This document shows positions 1 to 7,262 of a stretch of DNA of 30,242 nucleotides, one piece after another; position 1 is the stretch's first letter, and every line of letters starts with the position of its first letter. The translations under genes were made by a program, and so were the position numbers. This DNA comes from Ostreococcus tauri. Lineage: Eukaryota. Location: contig CAID01000010.2 of the NCBI GenBank assembly GCA_000214015.2, forward strand, positions 433,626 through 463,867. Direction: 5' to 3'. The notes under the pieces were generated by a model. That model was not told the DNA's origin. It ran no database searches and worked only from the letters and a program-made list of their open reading frames with translations.

Positions 1-73
1 GAAGTTCGACAACGGGCGCCGGGAACGGTGACGCACTACGTCTGGGCGCTCGCGCCGTCTGGACGTGTGCGCG

Positions 74-436
74 ATGTGGGCGAATGGACGGGTGAATCGA
101 TCGGGACGGGAGACGGCGCTCGCGGCGCTGGCGCTCGGCGCGGCGCTCGGACGGCGGACGGGCTCGACGTGCGCGTTGGTGCTCGGTGGTGTGGCGATGC
201 GGATCGGGGGTGGGGACGTCGGGGTGTTTGTCATGTGTCTCGCGTTCGCGATCGCGAGGCGGTTGGCGCGAGAGGTGGGGGAGGAGGTGTATTTCAGGCA
301 CTGGGGAGGCACCGCGGCGTGCGAAGCCGTGGCGTTGGCGATGACGGAGTTCGACGTGTTCGCGTCGTCCAGGGCGCGCGCGCGGGCGTTGGAGCGACGA
401 CGAGAGCTCGTGGCGAGGATTAAAAAGGTGGGTTAG
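74..436 (+). CDS. small hydrophobic protein of unknown function (stand-alone 120-aa gene or last exon of a gene starting left of the window)
   Basis: Frame is closed by TGA at 29-31. The track start at 65 is GTG; the first ATG is at 74. Translation has hydrophobic segments (TALAALALGAALG, GVFVMCLAFAIA) and a normal-looking end ...ELVARIKKVG. Stop TAG 434-436 is followed by an AT-rich spacer with TGTAA at 456-460. No family recognised. Confidence 0.3.
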   Translation: MWANGRVNRSGRETALAALALGAALGRRTGSTCALVLGGVAMRIGGGDVGVFVMCLAFAIARRLAREVGEEVYFRHWGGTAACEAVALAMTEFDVFASSRARARALERRRELVARIKKVG

Positions 437-496
437 CCGACCGATTGTGATTTAATGTAAAAGGATGTACTCACGCGGAACTGGACGCGCGTCGAC

Positions 497-1798
497 TCAA
501 TTGGAGTCGATCGATTTGTACAACGCGTTCAAAAGGGTGACGCCGTACGCCGTCGCGAGTCCGTCCTTGGTATTTCCCGGACCCGCCATATCGAGATGGA
601 CCCACGCGGTGTCTTCGCGCGCGACCCAATCGGGGTGCAAGTGATTCGCGATGAACTGGCCAGCGCAGCTCGACTGCGCGTTGGCGCGATCGGCGACCGA
701 GTTCTTCATATCCGCGACCTTGGACGCGAACTCGGATTTGAACATCTCCGGAGAATACGGAAGCGGGTGCACCAAATCGCCAGTGAGTTTACCGAGCTTA
801 ACGATGAGGTTCTCCATGTCCTCGTCGTCGGTGACGAGACCGGCGTGCTTTCGACCGGTGGCGATCATCTGCGCGCCCGTCAACGTGGCCATGTCGACGA
901 CGACGGACGGCTTACTCGTCTTCGCGACACCCGTGATGTAAGCCACGCCGTCCGCGAGAACGAGTCGACCTTCGGCGTCGGTGTTGTTGATTTCGACCGT
1001 TTTACCGCTCTTACCGACGAGAATGTCGTCGGGACGAATCGCTCCCGAACCCACCGCGTTTTCGGCGATGCACAAGACGAGATCGAGCGGCGTCTTGAAG
1101 TTGCTCTCGGCATCTTCGCGTACGATGGATTCGAACGCGCAGAGCGCGCCCGCGGCGCCGCCCATGTCCGTCTTCATGCCACACATTCCATCCTTTGACT
1201 TGATCGAAAGCCCGCCGGTGTCAAAGGTGATGCCCTTGCCAACAAAGGCGACGGACGCGGCGTTCGGATCCTTACATCCCTTGGGCGTGAAGCGCAGGTG
1301 CACGAGCGCGGGATCTCTTCCGTCTCGTGATGCCGCGCTTCCGACTCCTGCGAGACAGCCGTATCCTTCCTCGACGAGCTGCTTGTACCTCTTGATCTCG
1401 ACCACTTCGACGCTCGCCCCGAGCTCGCTCGCGACGAGTTTGGCTTCGTCCACGAAAGCGCAGGGAGTCAAATCATTCGGCGCCGCGTCCACGAGCGCTT
1501 GACATCTACGCAGAGGCTTGGGTAACGACCTCGTCTCCGGTCCAGTCCACAGTTCGCCATCGACGAGAACGCCGATGAAGACGTCACCGTCCACCTTTGC
1601 GTCGCTCGCCGCGTACTTTTTCGCGTACGGCGGCAACGCCCGTCCGAGCGCGCTCAACGCGCTCGCCGCGTACGCCTCCATCTCTCTCGGCAACGCCACG
1701 ACGCACACCGCCGTCCGCGTCTTACGATCCGCGATCGCCGACTTCGCGTTCGCCGTGATCGCGTGCGAAGAAATCGGCGAGTTATGCCTCGACACCTC
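497..1798 (-). CDS. LAP: leucyl (cytosol) aminopeptidase, peptidase M17, main exon with the catalytic domain
   Basis: The 432-aa ORF contains M17 hallmarks: VGKGITFDTGGLSIKSK, MKTDMGGAAGAL, and the signature NTDAEGRLVLADG. The track start at 1795 is GTG, not ATG. I extend one codon to 1798 as the proposed exon boundary after a CGCAG acceptor. Confidence 0.9.
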   Translation of the reverse strand, partial: EVSRHNSPISSHAITANAKSAIADRKTRTAVCVVALPREMEAYAASALSALGRALPPYAKKYAASDAKVDGDVFIGVLVDGELWTGPETRSLPKPLRRCQALVDAAPNDLTPCAFVDEAKLVASELGASVEVVEIKRYKQLVEEGYGCLAGVGSAASRDGRDPALVHLRFTPKGCKDPNAASVAFVGKGITFDTGGLSIKSKDGMCGMKTDMGGAAGALCAFESIVREDAESNFKTPLDLVLCIAENAVGSGAIRPDDILVGKSGKTVEINNTDAEGRLVLADGVAYITGVAKTSKPSVVVDMATLTGAQMIATGRKHAGLVTDDEDMENLIVKLGKLTGDLVHPLPYSPEMFKSEFASKVADMKNSVADRANAQSSCAGQFIANHLHPDWVAREDTAWVHLDMAGPGNTKDGLATAYGVTLLNALYKSIDSN

Positions 1799-1883
1799 CT
1801 GCGTCGCCGCGCCACCAATCGCCCATCCGTCAGTCTCATTCCACCACCCGCGTCCTCGTCCCGTTCGCGACGCCGCATCGCAC

Positions 1884-2201
1884 CTCCGGCAAAGCCGACA
1901 CCACCACCTCCGCCATCGCCGTCCCCTCTCCGAACGCCAACGCGCTCGTCTTCGTCGATCCGCCCTCGACGCGACGCGCGAGCTGATGAAACGTCTCTCG
2001 CCGCGTCGCGTCCTCGCCGAACACCCCGAGCGCCGTCGCCGCCTCGCACAGCGTCGACGCGCGTCCGCACACGAACACCTTCACCTCCGCCTCCGTCGTG
2101 GCCACGGCGACGTCCGCGAGGTCGTCGAACGTCCGCATCGTCGACGACGCGAGCCATCGCGCGTCGTGATGTCCATCCATCGCCGCGAGCGCGCGCGGCA
2201 T
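1884..2201 (-). CDS. LAP: leucyl aminopeptidase, proposed first exon (N-terminal domain)
   Basis: This lies in a different frame (ORF 1836..2468) and encodes ...VKVFVCGRASTLCEAATALGVFGED...GTAMAEVVVSALPE, which resembles an LAP N-terminal domain. ATGs occur at 2201, 2180 and 2138. A donor GAG|GTGCGA (GT at 1883-1882) joins in frame to 1798. Confidence 0.5.
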
Positions 2202-2321
2202 CGCGCGTCGACCGCGTCCGAGGCCGCGGCCGAGGTCGCGACGAACGCGCGCGCGATCGGGACGTCGCGCGATCGGTCGCGACGACGTTCCCGTGGGCAT
2301 GCGCCGAGGGATGACGCATCG

Positions 2322-2912
2322 ATGCGGTCGATGCGATGCGTCGGCACCGCGCGACGCGCGATGCTTCCGGGGACGACGACGGCGACGGCGGTGAGGATGA
2401 CGGCGGCGCGGCGGTGCGCCCCGACCGGCGCGCGAACGACGCGGTCGACGGGACGGCGTGGAAGGCACAGACGACGGGTCGACGTGGGCGCGAGGAAGCG
2501 ATCGGCCGACGACGACGATGGGACGCGCGCGGTGGACGCGCGAACGATCGATGGCGCGCGCACGGCGACGTTGGCGCTGTCGACGCTCGCGGTGGTGCTC
2601 GCGATGGGTGGGATGGATGGAGACGCGGGCGCGACGGCGGCGGATAACGTCGGACGGGCGTTCGACGGCGGCGACGCGTTGTTCGACCTCGCGGGCGGGG
2701 AGGTGCCGTTCTGGGCGAACATGGTGAAGTACGCGCGATTTTCAATCTCCATCATGGTTGGGTTCGCGTACATGTTCGGTCGGCCGGTGGTGGCGCTGAT
2801 GAAGAAGCCGCAGACGGCGGCGCTCGTGGCGCTCGCGGCGGGGGGCGGGTACGTCTTCTTCAAGTTTACGATTGAAACCATGCTCGGCCTGAACGACGTC
2901 GAGACGCTTTGA
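2322..2912 (+). CDS. Ycf33/DUF751-like small membrane protein with a long Arg/Ala/Thr-rich N-terminal presequence (probably plastid-targeted)
   Basis: Only the 3' part of ORF 1518..2912 is credible, because the 5' part is antisense to LAP. The C-terminal 65 aa FWANMVKYARFSISIMVGFAYMFGRPVVALMKKPQTAALVALAAGGGYVFFKFTIETMLGL matches my recollection of the Ycf33/DUF751 pattern (FW.N..r..RF.IS...G, then a second TM). ATGs occur at 2322, 2331 and 2361. Stop TGA 2910-2912 is followed by TGTAA at 2928-2932. Confidence 0.55.
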   Translation: MRSMRCVGTARRAMLPGTTTATAVRMTAARRCAPTGARTTRSTGRRGRHRRRVDVGARKRSADDDDGTRAVDARTIDGARTATLALSTLAVVLAMGGMDGDAGATAADNVGRAFDGGDALFDLAGGEVPFWANMVKYARFSISIMVGFAYMFGRPVVALMKKPQTAALVALAAGGGYVFFKFTIETMLGLNDVETL

Positions 2913-2966
2913 TGATTTGATGATTTTTGTAAGCTACGGTTACACTCTATTCGACGTCTACGTCAT

Positions 2967-3935
2967 CTATGAAACTATCGGCGCCGACGTCGACGCGCGG
3001 GTCGGCGTCCGCGCGGGCGACGCCGCGGGGGAGTTTGTCGTATCCTCGAGCGGCGTCGACGCGCGCGCGTCGTCCATCGCCGCGCGCCACGCGTGGAGGG
3101 CGCGTCGAGCGCGCGACTTCTCCGCGAACTCCATCGCGGCGTATCTCCGATGATTTCTCGCCGCGAAAGCCGCCCACGTCTGGAACGCGCTCGGAAGGAG
3201 GTACGCGTCTCGAAACGTCACCGCGAGCGCGTCGGTGTGCGCCGTCGCCATCGCCTCGAGCCGCCTCGCGCGGTCGCGCAGCATCAACCACGATCTCCAC
3301 GCGCGCGCGAGACGATCGACGTTCGCCGATCGCGTCCGCGCCGCCCGCGCGCGCCACGCGTCGAACGCGCTCGCGCGCGTCAACTTCCGATGAAACGCAG
3401 CCGCGCGCGCGAGCTCTCGCGCGCGTTCGCGCCCCTCGGCGACGAATCCACACCACCGCACGAACGCCCCGCACGTCACCCGCGCGTCGTCGTGCGACAC
3501 GGCGCGCGCGAATTCCGCGGCGTCGCGTCGTCTCGCCGCCGTCCGGACGCGCCACCGAATGAATTTCGTCGCTTGAATCCCTCGCTCGAGTCGTCGCGCC
3601 CGCGCCCAAACCACATCACGCCACGCCACGAACGCCGTCTCGACGACGCGCCGCGCCCGCGCGCGCGTCGTCCTCGACGTGAACGCTCGAACGCGCCGCG
3701 CGCGAATCGTCTCGCGCCGCCACGCATTCGTCGCCGCGCGCGTCGCCGCGTCGTCCCGCCACGCCCACGCCGCGCGCGCGCGTCCACGCCGCCGCGCGCG
3801 CGCGCACCACGCCCGCAGCGCTCGAACGCCGACGACGCGCGCGCGATGGGCGTCCGCGACCGCGTCCAGGGCGCGCGCGACGTCCACCAAAGTCACACCG
3901 AGCGCGCTCGATGCCGACGCCATCGGCATCGGCAT
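2967..3935 (-). CDS. Sfi1-like repeat protein (putative centrin-binding repeats)
   Basis: This minus-strand frame has a diverse, protein-like composition, whereas the two overlapping plus ORFs are R/P/S junk. It carries repeated Trp-centred motifs of the F/L-x2-W-R/K type: LRAWCAR, NAWRRE, AFVAWRDV, FIRWRV, AFVRWCG, AFDAWRAR, ARAWRSW, LLPSAFQTWAAF, ALHAWRAA. ATGs occur at 3935, 3929 and 3923 (MPMPMASAS...). The track start at 4172 lies inside the tandem array. Stop TAG 2967-2969; TGTAA on the minus strand at 2944-2940. Confidence 0.5.
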   Translation of the reverse strand: MPMPMASASSALGVTLVDVARALDAVADAHRARVVGVRALRAWCARARRRGRARAAWAWRDDAATRAATNAWRRETIRARRVRAFTSRTTRARARRVVETAFVAWRDVVWARARRLERGIQATKFIRWRVRTAARRRDAAEFARAVSHDDARVTCGAFVRWCGFVAEGRERARELARAAAFHRKLTRASAFDAWRARAARTRSANVDRLARAWRSWLMLRDRARRLEAMATAHTDALAVTFRDAYLLPSAFQTWAAFAARNHRRYAAMEFAEKSRARRALHAWRAAMDDARASTPLEDTTNSPAASPARTPTRASTSAPIVS

Positions 3936-4077
3936 CGAGGCTTTCGTTCGCCCGTCGTAACGCGCGATCGACGCGCGCGCGTCGACGACCACCGCCGGGG
4001 TCGAACGCGCGTCCACGGCCGCGGCGGCGGCGCCGTGGACGCGCGCGGGGGGTCTCGCGCGCGGGACGATGACGACG

Positions 4078-4520
4078 TGTCGGGTGTTTTCAACAATGTG
4101 TGCACCACCGCGACACCACCGTCGCGTGTTTTCAACACCAGTGCGCGCGTCACCATCGCGTGCGTCGACCACCGGTGTGCGCGTCGATAGTGCGCGTCAC
4201 CATCGCGTGCGTCGACCACCAGTGCGCGTGCAACCATCGCGTGTTCTCAACAATGTGTGCACCACCGCGACACCACCATCGCGTGTTTTGAACACCAGTG
4301 CGCGCACTAGCGCGTCACCGTCGCGTGTTCTCAACAGCCGCGTGCGCATGGATAATGCGCGTCACCATCGCGTGCGTCGTTCACCAGTGCGCGCGCGACC
4401 ATCGCGTGGTCGCAACGACGTGCGCACGACCATCGCGTGTTCTCAACACCTCGGTGTGTGCGCACCACCACTATCGGGTGTTTTGGACGACACGGATGAC
4501 ATATCGGGTGTTTCGGAGTC
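4078..4520. repeat. degenerate tandem repeat array (35-50 bp sub-units, 157-bp higher-order period) carrying nine TCGCGTG cores
   Basis: TCGCGTG, mostly within CACCATCGCGTG, starts near 4122, 4156, 4203, 4237, 4279, 4321, 4368, 4402 and 4433. A near-identical block CAACAATGTGTGCACCACCGCGACACCACC-TCGCGTGTTTT-AACACCAGTGCGCGC occurs at 4091 and 4248 (offset 157 bp). The array ends with two ATCGGGTGTTT units (4473-4515). Confidence 0.85.
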
Positions 4521-4602
4521 CCCTACCGACGAGTCCTGACTCGTACACGGCGCCATCTCTCGCCCCCGATCGCGCCCCCCGACCGCGACGTCCGCGCGCG
4601 CC

Positions 4603-5349
4603 ATGGCCCCCGCGCGCGTCATCGCGATCGTGTTCGCCATGGACGCCGAGGCGCGGCCGTTGATCGACGCCCTCGGGCTCGCCCCGAACCCACGCGCGTT
4701 CGCGCGCGTCGCCGGCTCGGTGCCGATGCGATGTCACAGCGGCCGCACGGCCGAAGGCGCGGACGTCCACGTCGTGACGAGCGGCACGTGCGAACGACAC
4801 GGCGTGTGCAACGTCGGTACCGTCGGTGCGGCGCTCTCGACGTACGAGACGTGCGCGAGCCTGAAGCCGGACGTGATCGTGAACGCGGGCACGGCGGGGG
4901 GATTCGCGAAGCGCGGCGGACGCGTGGGCGACGTCTACCTGGCGACGACGTTTAAGAATCACGATCGACGGATCCCGATCCCGGGATACGACGCGTACGG
5001 GGTCGGGGAGTACGAGGCGTGGCCGACGCCGAAATTGGCGGCGATGCTGGGGTGTAAACGCGGGACGGTGTGCACGGGGAACTCGCTCGACGCGACGGAG
5101 ACGTGTCGAAAGTTGTTGGATGAACACGACGCGTGCGTGAAAGAGATGGAGGCGGCGGCGATCGCGCACGTCGCGCACTTGTTTAAGGTTCCCATGATCG
5201 CGGTGAAGACGATCACGGACATCGTCGATGGGCCGCACGCGACGCAGGAGGAGTTTTTGGCCAACCTCGCGAGCGCGGCGGCGGCGCTCAAGGACGTCCT
5301 CCCCAAGGTCATCGCCTTCATCGACGGTCGCGATATGAACGATTTATAA
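4603..5349 (+). CDS. MTN: 5'-methylthioadenosine/S-adenosylhomocysteine nucleosidase (plant/bacterial MTN type)
   Basis: ATG at 4603; 248 aa. Motifs: AMDAEARPL, VGTVGAALSTYE, KPDVIVNAGTAGGF, FKNHDRRIPIPGYDAYGVG, VKEMEAAAIAHVA, KTITDIVDG. The product is colinear with plant MTN1/2 as I recall them. Confidence 0.9.
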   Translation: MAPARVIAIVFAMDAEARPLIDALGLAPNPRAFARVAGSVPMRCHSGRTAEGADVHVVTSGTCERHGVCNVGTVGAALSTYETCASLKPDVIVNAGTAGGFAKRGGRVGDVYLATTFKNHDRRIPIPGYDAYGVGEYEAWPTPKLAAMLGCKRGTVCTGNSLDATETCRKLLDEHDACVKEMEAAAIAHVAHLFKVPMIAVKTITDIVDGPHATQEEFLANLASAAAALKDVLPKVIAFIDGRDMNDL

Positions 5350-5460
5350 TACTCCAACGCATCGTCTGTTGAATTTAAAACGACCGCGCGTCGCGTTCGA
5401 TCACCGTCACGCAGGCCCCGCTCGTCCGCACTCGCCGACGCGCGCTTTTCAGCCGCCGCC

Positions 5461-6291
5461 ATGCGTGATCGTCCACCCGACGCCCTCGACGTCGCCGTCG
5501 CCCTGCTCAAGAAGCGCGACGGCGTGGACAAGGTCCTTAAGCTCTTTCGCTACGCCACCATCTTCGCCGTGAGCGAGGCGAAACGAATGTCTCGAACCGC
5601 GAAGGATTCTTCTGGCGCCGAGTCTGTAACCGTCACCGAGTTCATTCGCGCCGGGACCGCGCTCGAACGCTCGATCGGGAGCGCGCGACGGGTCTATCGC
5701 GTCGGTAAGTTTCTTGGGAACGCGCAGGACCTGAGAGATGCGATCGCGGAGGCGGAGGCGAGTGGAAAACGTGGATACGGGAGGTTTCTGAACGCGGCGT
5801 GCGCGTGCGCGGCGTTGGAGGGCGCGTATTACTTCTTGGAGCAAGGCGTGTGGCTGTCGCGAGCGGGAGTGGTGATGCGCGAGCGAACGACGTTAGAGCG
5901 GTTGATTCGATGGAGCGCGCGGGCTGAAGTTGCGTCGTACGTGTTTTCCATCGCGTGCGCTTTGGAGGAGTATCGGGACGCGCTCGCGGAGGAAAAGGAC
6001 GCGAGAGACGGGCTCGTCGCCGCGACGTCGAGGACGCTCGCGATCGGAGTCAAGAGCGAAGGTGATATCGATGATTTACAAGCACGTTTGGCGGGCGCTC
6101 TGAAGGCGAAGCGCGGGGCTATTCGATCGATATGCACGGACGCGGCGGATGCGACGTTGTCCGTGGAGGACGCGGTGGACGTCGAGGGGTTCGAAATCAC
6201 CAACGAACGCTTCGTGAACGTCTTAGGACTCCTCACCGCGGTCTTGGACTTTAGTAGTAAGCTCGAGGACGCGGTGGATTCGTTCAATTAG
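5461..6291 (+). CDS. PEX11: peroxisomal biogenesis factor 11 (PEX11) family protein
   Basis: ATG at 5461; 276 aa. The N-terminus LLKKRDGVDKVLKLFRYATIF fits the PEX11 RDK...R..QY-type start, and RVYRVGKFLGN is a PEX11-like central motif. There are hydrophobic C-terminal segments. Stop 6289-6291; TGTAA at 6316-6320. Confidence 0.7.
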   Translation: MRDRPPDALDVAVALLKKRDGVDKVLKLFRYATIFAVSEAKRMSRTAKDSSGAESVTVTEFIRAGTALERSIGSARRVYRVGKFLGNAQDLRDAIAEAEASGKRGYGRFLNAACACAALEGAYYFLEQGVWLSRAGVVMRERTTLERLIRWSARAEVASYVFSIACALEEYRDALAEEKDARDGLVAATSRTLAIGVKSEGDIDDLQARLAGALKAKRGAIRSICTDAADATLSVEDAVDVEGFEITNERFVNVLGLLTAVLDFSSKLEDAVDSFN

Positions 6292-6351
6292 GGATTTTGG
6301 GGGGATGTTCAAGCGTGTAAATTATTCTCACAAGACGATGACTTGGCGCGC

Positions 6352-6669
6352 TCACTTCTTGCCCGCGACGGCGTCCTTCCACGTCGAGCTCGCGCTGAAC
6401 GACGGGTAGTCCGTCGCCGGAATCTTCAACGGCGCTCCCGTCATCGGGTTTCTCCCGTCTCGCGCCGCGCGCGTCTTTCGCGCGAACGTGCCGAACTTGG
6501 AGATGGCCACCTTGTCGCCGCTCTGCACCGTGGCGCCGATGACGTCAAAGCACGCGTTCAGCACTCGACCGACGCTCGCCTTCGTCTCTCCCGTCTCCGC
6601 CGCCACCGCATCAATGAGCGTCTTCTTGTTCAATCCCGACGCCGTGGCGTAGGACCTGCGACGTATCAT
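6352..6669 (-). CDS. bacterial-type histone-like DNA-binding protein HU (HU/IHF fold), probably organellar
   Basis: LNKKTLIDAVAAETGETKASVGRVLNACFDVIGATVQSGDKVAISKFGTFARKTRAARDGRNPMTGAPLKIPATDYPSFSASSTWKDAV is colinear with bacterial HU, including the arm motif R.ARDGRNP.TG..I.IPA. The track start at 6762 is GTG. The first in-frame ATG is 6669, which leaves only about 11 aa ahead of the HU fold. An upstream exon is possible (see findings). Confidence 0.85.
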   Translation of the reverse strand: MIRRRSYATASGLNKKTLIDAVAAETGETKASVGRVLNACFDVIGATVQSGDKVAISKFGTFARKTRAARDGRNPMTGAPLKIPATDYPSFSASSTWKDAVAGKK

Positions 6670-7262
6670 CGAATCGTCCTCGTCAGTCGCGTCGCGCTTT
6701 CGATGGATTTTAAACGTCACCAAACCATCGCATCCGAACGCGTCGTCCTCCGTTCGATCCACCCCTCGTTCGCGCGTCGCACCGCGAGCGACACATCACC
6801 CTCGCGCATCGATCGCCCGCGCGTCGCCACCGCGCGCGCGCCGCGGTCTCGACCCACGCCCACGAGTCGTTTTCCCGCCCAATTGCACATTCGTCCCCCT
6901 CCCTCGCCGTCGCGTCCGTCGCTCGCCGCCTCTCTCTCTCGCGCGCGCTCGGTCGCGGCATCACGGGCGTACCTCACGCGCGACACCGCGCGTCGCCCGC
7001 GCGCGGCGAACATCGTTCGTCACGCGTCGTCGCGAAGTGTCGCGCGCGGTGGATGATTCGATGCGGGACATTTTAGCCGTCGTACTGTTCGCCCACACGA
7101 CCGTCCGCGTCACCGAACCCTAATATATCACCCGCGCGTCGCGCGCGCGTCTCGTACTGTGCGTGGTGTATACGCTTTGTAATTCGCGCGGGAAAACGAA
7201 TCGCGAAACAATCGCCATCGCCGTCGCCGCGAACGCCCATCGACCCCGCACTGCGCCGACGC
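6670..7262. promoter_or_regulatory. divergent (bidirectional) promoter region shared by the HU-like and RecD2-like genes
   Basis: A 593-bp spacer between two head-to-head CDSs. The only AT-rich patches are TTTAAAATCC (about 6703-6712) and CCCTAATATATCACC (TATA-like, 7121-7129). Its function is inferred from position only. Confidence 0.35.

Noticed and set aside
1654-2881. Long minus-strand ORFs 1654..2745 and 2081..2881, plus ORF 1763..2314 and the 5' part of 1518..2912
   Set aside because: Their composition is extreme in Arg/Pro/Ser/Ala with no recognisable motifs. They overlap the LAP exon 1 and Ycf33-like models in other frames or strands. They are typical GC-rich shadow ORFs.
2969-4190. 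Plus-strand ORFs 2969..3562 and 3093..4190 opposite the Sfi1-like gene
   Set aside because: They give monotonous R/P/S/A translations. The minus frame has balanced composition and a periodic Trp motif, so the plus ORFs are treated as antisense artefacts.
4078-4520. The tandem arrays (here and at 29512-29762) as CRISPR-like arrays
   Set aside because: There is no alternation of constant repeats with unique spacers. The units are degenerate and contiguous, and the genomic context is eukaryotic: introns, Pol III tRNA, TGTAA signals and organelle-targeting extensions.
4069-4663. ORFs 4069..4539, 4100..4291 and 4298..4663 reading through the tandem array as a possible repeat protein
   Set aside because: The repeat period is not a constant multiple of three (34-46 bp sub-units, 157-bp higher order). 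The peptide repeat therefore drifts between frames, and there is no coherent protein repeat.
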